From the NCBI GenBank assembly GCA_002633005.1, contig NMRA01000191.1:550466-614465 (forward strand): 64,000 bases of DNA, in the 5' to 3' direction. Each line of letters begins with the position of its first letter. Position 1 is the first letter of the stretch. Under the pieces are notes generated by a model. It was given only the letters and a program-made list of their open reading frames with translations, was not told where the DNA came from and did not search any database. Source of the stretch: Phoronis australis (taxonomy: Eukaryota; Animalia; Phoronida). The translations under genes were made by a program, and so were the position numbers. Below, one piece after another: positions 24,632 through 37,558 of this stretch.

Positions 24632-26169
24632 TTAAGCAAGACAGCCTATCCAAATAAGAAATCAAATCTCGCACTCGGTATGAAACTGACCATAGGGATC
24701 TGAACAAAGTAGGGAAAAGTCTGACAATGAAGTACGATGGCTTCGATTTGGCTCAGCCCGATAGGGCTTCGTTTATCACAGTAACACGTTTTGACCTATT
24801 TCTCTCATTATTTTATATGCTTAGCGATTTTCAGGACACCAGAACTCACATGATGTACTGTCGTCACATGTTGATCGACTTAACTTTTAGTTTGCTATTC
24901 ATGTGCTCCACACCATTGCACTTTTTCAATGTCTCAGACAACCACGTCAAAACCGAAGATATTATATTTTACAATTCCACATCGCGTTACATGCTTTTTA
25001 GACATTACTACCAAAAGTTTAGTCGACTAATAAAGTTGCATAAGCTCCCCGGTGTGCTCTTGCAATAATGCTTTATACAACCGTTTCGTGTAGCACTGCT
25101 GCGCAAATCTGCGACCTCCGTCCGTGTCTATTACGTGATGGATTTAACTCCTATGTTCTACTTCAAACCTTTTTCAAAGTGTTTCTTCCATACTTAAAGC
25201 ATTGTCGTAAAAATCGGGACTGTCTGCTTGTAAGTGTCTGAAAATCGCCGACAAAGCGCCTTTCCCCGCCAACCTATTCTGGATCATCATTCCTCCATTC
25301 ACTTCGAAGGGCGCGGGACGCTACCGAGAGCTTAAGAATTAATATCCAGTTGATCAGATTTATCTTTGTTATGAGGAAGAACTTTTCTGGATTGATACAA
25401 ACATACATTTCAATACATTGTGTATTTCTTTTTCTTGAAGAACGCTTTGTGTACGGTAAAAAGAAAGTAGTCTTCAATGAACATCGAAGTTGCCATCGCG
25501 TGAACACACTGATCTTAAGAACTAACAGGGCGAATATAACTGCACGGAAATCAACTCTTTCAAAAGAACTTATTCACTCGAAGATTTGACTTTTTATTTT
25601 TCATTTGCCTTTCGGCCATTTGCATGTTTTAACCTATCGGTGAACTAATGAACTAAGACATTCCCTGGGCTTATTGGCTGGCATTCGGGTCACTACATGA
25701 CGTCATTACGTCAAATATTAAGGGTAGAAGATGACAGACGATTTGCTTTGTTGTTAGACGAGATGGTAAAAAGAAGCAAAATATAACCGGTAAGACCGTT
25801 TGCGGTTTTCTAAACCTGTCAAGGGAATTTAATTTGGTTGTACTAACACAATGAACAAGAATTTTTCTCCCATTGTTTTGGTGTGGTGAAAAGCCCTCCG
25901 GTGGACCTTCAGCTGTGTTTAAGAACTGAGTCTTGGCTATATTATACCAAGCACTTGCTACATATTCCCCGGCATGCGCAATTCGTTCCTGTTACTCGTA
26001 GTTTTTGAGAAAGAACTTAGTTCAGAAGAATAGCATTGCTGTTCATGATAAGAGTCGCGGTTTGCAAGAAAAAGACGTTTGAGACAGGTGTTAATGAGAA
26101 CGTCCGTGCAAAACATGACGTAGGAAACTTGTCTACCGTGATCGAACAATGTTTCAATTTATATTGCAG

Positions 26170-27203
26170 TAACAATCTTCATAATGTCCTTATTGGGAGG
26201 AGACAGTTATCGCAGTCAGTTCGTACTCCTGGAATCCAGCAGCAGGGCATTCGGCGCTGCCGTCGGAATCTTAGTGCTGGATCCCTTCCTCTCAAAACAA
26301 GAAACGACGCCAGGAAACGACCCTATTCCCTTCAAACTGAACGATTCTTACCTACGCAATAGTTCTCTCGAACACACAACTCATTGGACTCACTCTCACC
26401 TCTTGTGGGGATGTCTAATCATTGCAGGTGTATCATGTGTACCTGGAATATTGTTTGCTGTCTTGCACATTTACAACCAAGAACAGAGAAAACATGGAGA
26501 AGAAAATCGTTCACATCAAACTTCCATAAAGTTAAGCGACTTCATGTGTAACGCTCCTTTGCTGATGTCATTTCTCGTGTATTTTCTGTTTGTTTGTCTC
26601 TGGTTCGGGATATATTTCGCATACGAAAGTTTACTAACAATATTCTGTGTTGAATCGGAACTGAGGCTCTCCAAGGGAGAAGGTGTGCTAATGACGATAT
26701 TTTTTTGGGTATCCATTGGAATGGGCAGAATAACCATAATTCCATTTTTCAAATGCTTGCCTCCTTTTCATATAGCTTGCTTTGATATGATTGTCGTCAC
26801 AGCTTTTCTGATTGCGTTAAGTGTTTTCGGCCAGCAGAGTAGTGAGCTCCTTTGGATAGGCACAGTTTTGATTGGATTTTTTTTAGGTACAGCCGGACCA
26901 TCAATACTAAGTTGGGCCCTGTTTAATATTGCCAGTGACCCGGTAACTGTAACCTGTTTTGGAATCGGCTTAAATATCGGCATTGTCGTATTGGAACCAT
27001 GGATTGGTAAGCTTATGGATTCTGTTGGTCCGCAATGTATGTTCTATGGCCTGGTAGGTGGCTCTCTGGCCAGTCTGTTGTGCTTGGCCATTTTACCGAA
27101 GTTAGGGAAATGGGCATCACAAGAAAAAATACAGAAAAGCTCCAGAGAGAGTACCGAGTTGACGAGAATAAACGCGAATCAGACAACAGGAGAAATTAAA
27201 TAA
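26170..27203 (+). CDS. MFS transporter, coding exon 3 (joined CDS 1491 nt, 496 aa)
   Basis: ttgcag acceptor with matching phase (G+TA=Val), in frame with the 339-aa ORF. Multiple TM segments and FFWVSIGMGRI / LWIGTVLIGFFLG..GP motifs typical of the MFSD4 group. Confidence 0.88.
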
Positions 27204-27821
27204 AATTGTAGTAAAGAAAGGTTAGACTTGGTCTCCATGTTGTTAAAAAACAACCTGCACAGATGGGCAATTAAGCTTCGAAAACGAGGACAAGGGCCTG
27301 TTCCAAGAAACTGACTTAAGATAATTTTTGACTTAAGTTTAAGATTTGTCTTAAATTCCAAACTTTGAAACTTCCACATTCAGTAAGTTACTTAACAGTC
27401 GAAATTAAAAAAATATGTCTAACACTTAATTCAAACTTAAGATCTTTTTATTGAATTGGTTTTGAGACAAATTTAACTTTTATTTTAAAATTTACTGAAA
27501 TTTAAGATTTGTCTTAGCTACGTTAGTTTTGTTGTAACGGGCTCCAGGTCTGCAGGTTAATTGTTTGCTTTGTATAGAAGTGATTAAAGAAATGTTGTTG
27601 CTCAACATCATTTTTATGCTTGTTATAATTAAAAAACCTGAGCCACCCAACCAAACGGCGTTTGTTTCTGGCGAGAGCTGATGACTTACACTTTTGCAGC
27701 ACTAGTTTGACGGAATTTAAAACCTATTGGTTACTTAAACGGCATGAGCGAATTTCGGACGTATCCGACTACCGGTGTGCAATTTTAGTTTTTTAGGTTT
27801 ACCTCTGTGTCTTCAAAGGTG

Positions 27822-28370
27822 CAATCAGTTCATTACAAAATTTGCTCTATTTAAAATAGTCTTCAATTGCCCAAAAGACCAAATCCGTTTTTTGTGTTGG
27901 CATTAATGACGCGATTGCTTTGGAAAAAGGTCTTAAGTTAAGGTTTGACAAAGAGAGAATTATGAGTTTCTGAGTGATTCACTAAGGCTTCGATTAAAAC
28001 TCACATATTATCAGCAGCTTCTGTTTTTTCATCGTCACTCAGATTCCATTTTCTTTAAAAAATGAAGTAATTTTCTTCATTGCATAATGAAGCAGACGAC
28101 GGAAACGGAGTCGTAGTGCGCAGCGCCACTGCCGGTCGCCTGGGAAATCGGGGAGAGCCTACACTTAGCCATAGTTTCGTTACGATTGAGCTGTGTTCCC
28201 AATTTGACACTTGAAACACACTAAAACTGCACACATTTAAATCTTGTTTCCGTCGTATAATGTTAATTAGCGGGGTTAATTAATAAACTCAACATTTCCC
28301 TACGCTCTTGCTGTTATTTTTTGCGGCAGCCAAGGGGGGGGGGGGGGGCTCCCTCTCTAAATCCGCCTAT
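27822..28370. repeat. Dispersed repeat (one end of a hAT-like element) inserted into a HINE remnant; second copy at 59611-60195
   Basis: Colinear from atttaaaatagtcttcaa.tgcccaaaagaccaaatc to gcggcagccaaggggg...taaatccgcctat. Confidence 0.8.
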
Positions 28371-29198
28371 ACGATGACGACTTAGACTACTGTGGTGCTT
28401 TCTAGTGGCTGTTTTTTGCGCTCATAGGTGTATCTCCTTAGCCCACTGCAGGATATTTATTAACTTAGGCAGTGAATTCATATGAAGTTGACAACAGACC
28501 ACGACGACGACTTTCAAACTGATTCGACCAATGCTGTGCCCCCTAGTGGCAAGTTTATTTTTTCTGTTTGCCTCTGTTTCTCTGAAAGTCCTTTATGGAT
28601 ATCTATGAAATTTATGAAATAGCTTTCTATTAAAAACGATGACGTGTTTCCGTTTTCCAATGGATTTGACATATTTTGCGCCATCCAGTAGCCATTTTTT
28701 ATTGTATTTCACGTGTTTTTGAGGTCCCCTTCTATCAACCAAAGCAATCTAAGGATGATTGTTAAAATTGGCATAGTTACGTGCTTTTAGTGTAAAGAGA
28801 TCGGTGGACGATGATTTTCCGAGGCCTTGGACTGCTGTGGCGCCTCTTAGTGACAGTTTTTTGCGCTCACAGCTGTATCTCCTAAACCCACTGCAGGATC
28901 GTTTTTAAATTTAGCCAAGTGTATGTAATATGAAGTTGACAACGGACAACAAACACTTTCAGACGGATCCGACGAACGCTGTGCCCCCCCAGTGGCAATT
29001 TCATTTTTTTGTTTTCCTTTATTTCTCTGAAGTTCCCTGACAGAATTTTATGACATTCGGTGAATAAATTTCTATTGATGGATTCGACGTATTTTGCGAC
29101 ATCTACCATTTTTATGATACAAATAAACACCCCCTGGAAGCACACCGTTTGTGGTGCATTCGTGGGCTCATTTCAACGCTCCGCGTTACTCCTGTAGT
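28371..29198 (+). mobile_element. HINE/Helentron-like element 3' portion with internal tandem modules
   Basis: Duplicated gtatctccta.acccactgcaggat modules; 3' end gtgggctcatttcaacgctccgcgttactc like 6238-6268. A 5' piece lies at about 27740-27820. Confidence 0.7.
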
Positions 29199-30519
29199 TT
29201 AAGACGCCATGAAAACTAATTTTTACGCGTTAGCTCAGTCGTACCAATGAACACAACTATAAATGTTTTCAAACTTAACTGAATTTAATATGAATTTTTA
29301 CTCGAATGCTTAATTTTGGTGGTTCACCCCAACTAAAATGCCCGCCTTAGTGAGTGACAGCTGACTCGTGCATTATGGGTACTCACTGAACTTCCGTTAA
29401 ATGTAATCAGATTTTCGTGGAAACCCGAACAGTTAACAGTTTAATCAGGCAAACAAAAACACAAACACAAACACAAACAGGGCTGAAAGTTACAAAAATA
29501 CTTAAGTGACATATCTTTCGACTGACTTAACTTATCTTGTGATCTAATTAGTGAATGTAGAGGAAGGGCTATCTTTAAATTGACTCAAATTTTCAATTTG
29601 GGGAAATCTCGGATCTTTTTAATGGTGCCAATGTCTAAATGCAAAATGTATTTTGTTCTTACCCCAGAAGTGTAAAAAAGAATAATCAACATTCTCTTAA
29701 GTTCCTCATGGCAATGTTTTGTTGTGCTCTGCTTAACTCATATTAAACACAGATTTGGAAGATGACGTGGTAAAATACCAGAAGTTTCATTTTTCCAATT
29801 CTGTCTCATATGAATTTTGTTATTTATTACGCCAATACATAATATACATATTCAAAATCCAAATTGGTCACATTTATTAGAGCCACGCTGGCATACACGA
29901 TTCTCTTAGACTAGTACTTAGGCGCTATAAAAGAATTATTTGAAAATTCACAATTGTAGCACGTATTTCCACCATCAGTAGTCGCCCGAGTGATTTGAGT
30001 TCCGTTTCGTTAAGACCCAGATTAAGTGCAAGAGGCCCCTATATTGTTGTCCTCGTACAGTTTGTAGGATCACTAACCGGCTCTCATTGAACGCGAAACC
30101 TCTCACCGTTTTATTAGGTTGCAAGAAACCAAACATTTTGTTAAGCCGCCCGGTCCGGTTATTTATGATTCCAGCCATGTTTTTCCCAACCGTTTTAGTC
30201 TCCGTCTGACTAAAAGTTGTTGCAGTGGGATTTCGGCTAGCCTGATAATAATTTTGCAAAATGTTACGAGTTGATCTCAATCGTTCCCATATTCCCCAAT
30301 AGTTTACATTATTACTTGGAATATATTTCGACATGTTGAACAGCTAAATTATGGTAATAAATTCAGAAACTAAAAGATCTTTTAAGTATTTGTAAACCTA
30401 TAGACATTTGACACCCACAGGGCGGTCTCATGTAAAAACATAATGTTTAGGTTGATTCACGTCTTTACCAATATTGAAGTTACAAAAATAGGATTATACA
30501 CATAAATAAAACAAAGATT

Positions 30520-33500
30520 TCATTAGTTTGTGTGATCCCCACGAGAAGTCTCTGGTTGCGGGGCTTCCGGGGAATCACGTGTTTTGAGTCAAGTAGAAAT
30601 ATACTCTTTTCTTAGTTATTGTTAGTAATACACTACAAATTGGCGACGAGGATGGCTCATCTGGGGAACCTGCAAATGTTTGATGCTTCTGCTGAACTCT
30701 GGAGTACTTATGTGGAGAGAGCCGAGCAGTATTTTCAGTAAAATGACATTGCAGGAGATAAGCGGGTCTCTGCCATCCTTACGTTCATGGGGCAGGAGGC
30801 CTATAGTATTTTACGTAGTCTGACGACGCCAGATCTTCCCAAGGACAAAACATACTCGCAGATCGTGAGGAACATTATGAACCTAAGCCTTTGGAAATCT
30901 CGGAACGTTTTCGTTTTACCAGGCGGGTTCAGAAGGAGCATGAGAGTGTTAACTGGAATTCCCTCTTCAAGTTATCTTGTGAATCGCAAAGTACAAAAAC
31001 CTGTTTATTGATAATGGCGAGGGAATCCGAGTCTTCAATGCGTCTATCAGGCTTAAACCTAATGCAAAAGACACGTTTCAAAAAGCTCGTCCCGCTCCAT
31101 ATTCAATTCAGTAGTCGGTGGAGGCCGAGCTCAGTCGCACGGAACAAAGTGGTGTTGTGGAGCGTGTGGAACATAGTAACTTGGCGTTGCCCACTGTTAA
31201 CGTCAGGAAAGTGAAGTCCTCCGGTCCCACGTACTATTCGCGTCTATGGCGACTACAAATTAGTGAACACTCAGTTACAGGATGACAAATATCCGTTACC
31301 TAATACTCAATAATAAGCTATAAAACATTCTTATATGCTGATGACACTGCAATTTTCCACCCATTCTCAAAAGAGCATCCCCATGACTCCTTACAATTGC
31401 AAACTGACCTTAACAAACTCTATGACTGGTCTCACAAATGGAAGATGAAATTTAAACCTGAAAAAATTGTTGATCTTATATTTTTTAAGTCTATTAATAC
31501 TCATTTCCAAATAAATCCTACATTGGAATTATCACTCAATGGGGAAGTTATCCCCAATAAGTTCACGCACAAACATATTGGCTTGCTACTCGGCCATAAG
31601 CTTACATTTACTCCTCATTGTCGCGAACTCGTTCAAAAAGTAGAAAAATTAATTAATCCAATTAGAATTATCTCTCGTCATTTCAACTCCATGCATCTTG
31701 AAACTCTGTTCAAGTCTTTTGTACTTCCGCATCTAGATTACTGTGACATAATCTACCAATCGGCAAACGCTGGCATACTACAATACCAAGCAGCTTTAGC
31801 CATAACCGGGGCATACAAAGGGTCCAACACAATCAAGGTTCTAAATAGTCTTCACTGGGGCAAACTAGCAACCCGTCGTAAACTCCACCTGTCCATGTAT
31901 ACATTCAAAGTCTTAACCAACATAAATAACTACTGTAACAAAATCCTCTTTGACTCCTACGAAAGACCAAGCACGAGACCAGGACTCCGGCAAAGTAATA
32001 TGTATACTATTCCAGCCTCCATCAGCCAAGCCTTCAGAAGATCAGCGATACTAACTTGTATTGACAACTGGAATTCCTTACCATTCAAAATAAAAGAAAG
32101 CACTTCAAACGTCACTCTCAAAAATAACTTTAAAATGCATACCACTACTCCAGACTTGCCAGTCCCATTGACATCATTCCAACTTCCCCGCAACCATAAA
32201 ATAACCCTATACAGATCAAGATGTGGTCTATTCCTAAACAACGAGAAATTTAGACATAATTTTAATGATATTTCACCTCTGTGTTCCTGTGGAGATACCC
32301 AGACATATCCTCATGTTTTCTTAGCTTGTGATTTATGCAAGGAGGAGAGGGTACAGTTCTTCCAGTCACTCGAACAATACCCCGATGTTTATAAAAAATA
32401 TTCTGTAATTCCGCAATTGTACAACAAAATTAATTTCTTTCTATATGGATGTCAAGAACTTAAAGTCCTTGTTGCAAACTGCCCATGTGGTTCTAGTATC
32501 CGAAAATACTTACTACATAAAATCTTATTTTCGACACCCTTTCTTTACATTCTTTTCGCCTTTCTTGCCAAAAGCGATTTTTCAACCGTATTTGACCCTT
32601 TTCTCTGAGCGTATGATTACCGGTTGTCATCGGTTATTTCCGCACCCACATTTCCGGCTCATCAGTTCAGGAACTTGTCCTGAACGCCGCCATTTTTTCC
32701 TTGTAACTGAATGTGCTATGGCTTGCTCGAAAAGTTTTCATTATATTGTTTTATCAGTAATATATCGTGATTCGTTTGCATATATAGTGTATTTATAGTT
32801 TGTAGTTTGTGGTCGTTGATTTTTTTTGGAATGTTACGCGTACTTAGTATGTTAAAATAGCATTGGTGTTTAGTTCCTTCAGTAGGCCGGTCGAACCTAG
32901 GGCCCAATATGGGTCGAACCTATTCTTTCAGTTTTATTTTTTTCCTCGTTTTGAAAAAGTACTTTGCTATCATCGGAAAGGTAGTACATCCTACTCAGTA
33001 AAAATCGAAAAAGTATCAAAATCGGGGCAAGCACTGTAAAGTTATTGCAAGTTTTGTGGCGAAATTTGGGTCACTTTGTTNAAATAAGGTTTTATTTGAA
33101 ATAGTATCAGAATTTCTTTATAACATTAAATCTCTTTGTGTGAGTGGATAGAATTTTATACATCTGTATGAAAATGAATTATTTTCATTCGTTGTCATAT
33201 ATCATTGTATTCTTAACATCAGTTTTTTATTTTTGTATTCGTATATAATAATTGTATATAGACTTCTTTGTATTTTTTTACCCAGATCTAATGCCTCTTG
33301 GCACTTTCTGGGTTATGTATATTCATTGTATTCTGAAGATTTCGTAATAACCATTAACAAAAAAAATACTTGTTTGTCAAGTGGGCACGTGACGATTCTA
33401 CGCCGTGTGTGTTCTCTTCACTTGATTTGGTGGGTGCATTTAATCAGTTACGATTAGATGACCATTCTTCCGACTTACTCACCTTGAACACTCACAAGTA

Positions 33501-35947
33501 TTTGTTGCGACCACGACGCCTAACATTTGGAGTAAAGACGGCACCATCCATTTTCCAGGCTACCATGGATAAAATTTTGTCCGGTATCGATAACGGTATA
33601 TGTTTCATCGACGACATTTTGGTGATAGGCCATTCCCTAGAGCAACACCTTCGCACTCTCGAACTGGTGTTTCCACGTCTCGGCAAATATAACGTAAAGC
33701 TGAACAGATCAAAGTGTAAATTTGCTATGTCGGAGATCCAATTTCTAGGACACTCCTTGTCGGTGGATGGCGTGCGACCCTTAGCCGACAAAGTGGCGGC
33801 TATCTCACAGGTTCCTCGACCTAAAAATGTGGATGAACTAAAATCGTTTCTCGGAATGGTGAAATATTATGGCAAGATCATTCGTAATTTGTCTACTCTC
33901 TGTTACACCCTTCGTATGCAGTGCTGCATGGGGATGTCGAATGGCATTGGAGTGATGCCTGCGAGAAGTCGTTTGTTGAATGTATGCGCCAGTTGTTAAG
34001 TGATCATGTGTTAGCGCACTACGATCCCAGAAGACCGCTTGTTCTAAGTTGTGATGCTAGTTCCTATGGCGTTGAAGCGGTTTTAAGCCACAAGATGCCT
34101 GAAGAGGGACTGGCTCTGATTTTTGGTGTGAAGCGTTTTCACATGTACTTATTCGGTCGTATGTTCACTTTTGTAACTGACCACGAGTCGCTTACTCGCA
34201 AATTTGGGCCTAACTGGTCAGAATTCCAACGATCGGAGCTGCTCGTTTACAGCGCTGGGCACTGGTGTTATCCGGTTACCATTTTGAGATAGTGCACAAG
34301 CGATCACATCTGAATGCATATGCTGATGCATTGAGTAGTCTTCCCGTGGATCAGCCAGAAACTGCGTCTAAAGTGGAGACTTACTCGATACACTTTGTTA
34401 CCGAGGACTCTATTCCGTAACGGCTTCTGAGATCTGTGATTCTACCCGCAAGGACCCAATTCTTCTAGGGCATATGATTTTGTGTCGCATGGTTGGCCTG
34501 TTCATGCCGATAGTATTGAACTGCAACCGTATTTTGTGCGCAGAGACGAATTGTCATTTGAAGATGGAAACCTTTTGTTGGGCCATCGAGTTATTATACC
34601 AGCCAAGTTTCAAGCTAAACTTATGTCGGATTTGCATGATTTGCATACCGGTATGGTGCGATCACCAGGGGCTACTTTTGGTGGCCTGGTTAGTGCGTTC
34701 GTGTGGTTATTGTGCTCGATTTCGTAACATGCCAAAACCTTCGCCATTGATTCCGTGGCCATGGGCAACCAGGCCCTGGCAGAGAGTAGGCCTACACATC
34801 GATTATGCTGAAAAGGATGGTAAGGATTATCTTATTGTTGTGGATAGCCACTCCAAGTGGTTGGAGGTGTTTCCCATGTTGGGAACGACTTCAACTCACA
34901 CCAATGTGAAATTATGTCAGCTGTTCGCGTCTTATGTCAGATAATGGCCCACAGTTTCGATCCGCAGAATTTGAGACATTTCTACGCTTGAATGGTGTCA
35001 AGCACATGTTCAGTCCCATTTATCATCCTGCTAGTAATGCACAGGCGGAACGTTATGTGCAGATTTTCAAAGACATGTTGGACAAATCTGATACACGCTT
35101 GCCATTGTCGTATCGCTTATCGAACTTGTTGTTCTCATATCGCAACACGCCACATTCTGGCACTGACAAAACTCCACCCGAACTATTTCTGAAACGTGCT
35201 CCGCGCACTAAGCTCACCCTGCTGAAACCGAATCCTACAGGAATCTGTGGAAAGGAAGCAGAGTTGCCAGAAATCCACTCATGATGGTCAAACACCTAAC
35301 TGCGACAGTACAATCTTTATCAACATGTGCGCGTTCGGCAAACTCGCGGTGGGAAGGAGAAATGGATTCCAGGTGTTGTCACCAAGGTTACTGGACCATT
35401 GACATATGTTGTGCGAGTGTATGGAAACAATTATCGTTTCGTACCTGCTGATCACCTTATTGCGGACGATTCTTCTACATGAATGCCTGAACGCGTTGAA
35501 CTTAATTCAGAGCAGATATTTGCGGACCAGTCCCCGATTGTGATTAGTGATTCACCAGCTGAACCAGTCAGTGTTTCAAACACGCATTCGGACTCGGGAT
35601 TTCCGAACTCTGCACCTGCGTCACCTGAACCGGTGTCATTGCGCAGGTCCACTCGTGTTACTAAGGCAACGGACAGATTGGATTGTGATTTGTGACTTAG
35701 CTGAACATTAGTTTAAGTGTATTTGTAGTTATCCTTGGAACTTGTGTTAATGGTGACGGAACTCTATTTTAAGGACATTTAAGCGGTTTGTTAGTCTCAT
35801 GTTAGAGGGAGGAGTGTGGTATACCCTGCTCACTAGTTTGTGAGATCACCACGAGAAGTCTCTGGTAGCGGCGCTTCCGGGGAATCACGTGTTTTGAGTT
35901 AAGTAGAAATATACTCTTTTCTTAGTTATTATTAGTAATACACTACA
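30520..35947 (+). mobile_element. Decayed Gypsy (Mag-like) LTR retrotransposon
   Basis: Short LTRs at 30520-30637 (5'-truncated) and 35815-35947 (TG...CA). PBS tggcgacgag at 30641, PPT agagggaggag at 35804-35814. Gag from ATG 30652 (WSTYVERAEQYF), RT (FIDDILV), RNase H (CDASSYGV) and integrase (PWPWATRPWQRV, SDNGPQF, YRNTPH), all with stops or frameshifts. Confidence 0.95.
31311..33366 (+). mobile_element. 5'-truncated CR1/L2-group LINE nested in the Gypsy RT
   Basis: LYADDT at about 31330, LQTDLNKLYDWSHKWKMKF, LDYCDIIY and C-terminal CSC...H...C. AT-rich 3' UTR ending in an A run. Gypsy RT peptide DKYPLPNTQ (31284-31310) resumes as LFVK at about 33370. Confidence 0.9.
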
Positions 35948-36450
35948 AGACTCACGCTGAAAAAAGAGTCTGAGAATTGGGGTATCTGGCACTTATAACA
36001 GAACCAGTCCTTATTGCTCAGTGACAATTTCTTATACTCGTCGTTCGTCAGGGAAATAACATGTGGCAAGCACTTCACATGCTGCCACAGATCACACGAG
36101 TCAGATTGTACAACCTTTTGATTTGATCTCATCGGCTTCAAGCATTGTCCACATGGCTATTTATAGCGTTTTAACTTGCCGGGACCAGGGTTTATATGAA
36201 TATCACCACTCACAAGCAGCAAAATAAAACCATGCTGCAACAGCGTTTGAAAAATTGATAAGTTATCGCCCCTCGTCTTTGTTACTTGGCGCCGCCATCT
36301 AGATTGACCTCCCGAATGGGTGGGCAAGAAAGGGAATACTCCGATAGGTCCACAGTGTGACAGAAAATTATCATGGCTGGATATTACAATCAAACCTCCG
36401 GGGTCTATGTGCTTGCTGAGGGTGGCAAGACATTTGGTAAGCCTCTCCAC
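35948..36450 (-). mobile_element. 5' part of a CR1/L2-group LINE ORF: 2A-like motif plus PHD finger
   Basis: FILLLVSGDIHINPGP (36181-36228), then after one stop PCGQCLK...CDLWQHVKC...WFCYKC (PHD). Cut off at the Gypsy 3' LTR. Confidence 0.8.
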
Positions 36451-37558
36451 ACTCTGGTAAACCGATTGAACCCAATTAGTTTCTAGATTTGATGGTATTG
36501 ATTAGCAGTTGCCGGAAGAAGAGACAATATTTTTGTCAAGAAATTCTCTATGCTAGCAAAAGAGTTTTATTCCCGCCCCTCAAAAGAAGGCTGTAGCTGA
36601 AGTCTGAGCTGATGCCAGTGATGCAATAAAATTGAAAGCTGGCGAAGGATATTATCCAACGCGTCTAAATGTCCAATGACGCCAAACAGAGAACCATTGT
36701 TGATTTCCGACTAGTTGAAAGTACGTTCAGTTCAAATTGCTTTTGATGCATTGTCCCGTCAGCTTTGGCATTTTGTGAATCCCTTAGGCCTTAGTTATTG
36801 TCCCTGAACTGATCTATATTTTGTCCAACTCTTTTGTTTAAGTTATGACGTTACGTACCAGGCAAGACTGGGTTGGGCACTCACTCTGGTCGGATATAGC
36901 AATCCCTTGTTAAGAGAACCTGTTTCACCCACTAAATATCGGTCCCGTAATTTAGTGATTGTGTGGGTCTTGTGCCCAGGGTTGTGCCCTTTTTCTCATC
37001 AGTTCAGTCATAATAAAACCCATGCATTGCAGCACGGAAAGCATTTCTTTTGACTCCTGTTTTGGGGTGCAAGTTTGTAAGCCTTCGTTTTTATTCTTTG
37101 ATGCATTGAGTTTGCATTCCTAGTTATATGTGATAGTGCCATAGACTGATTAGAGTTCACCGATTACTTCAGTGTGAGTTTGAAGTTTTGGAACTTCCGC
37201 TTAATTTTTTCTGTGTCGGCCTTTAAAACTTCAGTTGTAACCACTGCCTTGAAAATTTTGAAATTATGCAGAAAATACTTGTAGCCTGTCAATTACTGCA
37301 ATATCAATGTACCAATTGTACCATCTTTCAAACTCGTATTGGTATTTTGAGTGGCAAGTGAGGTGAGAACTCAGCTTTCAAGTGAAATGACTGAAAATCT
37401 TTTTAGAACAACTTTTTAAACAACGTCTAACCACAAGTGATGGGGTTAATCCTACTTGGATGAAATTTGCACTTTTCATCTCAGCCCCTAACTTTAAGTT
37501 AAAACTTGGAGGCCTTGGGTTTTTCTATAGTGTTGTGACTTTCTGATTCTCTTTTCAG

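Noticed and set aside
29975-30334. 119-aa minus-strand ORF
   Set aside because: No recognisable motif; overlaps the probable promoter/5' region of TMA16 copy 2 and is likely a chance ORF.
31397-32608. 403-aa ORF as a host gene
   Set aside because: It is the C-terminal half of a LINE reverse transcriptase nested inside a Gypsy element.
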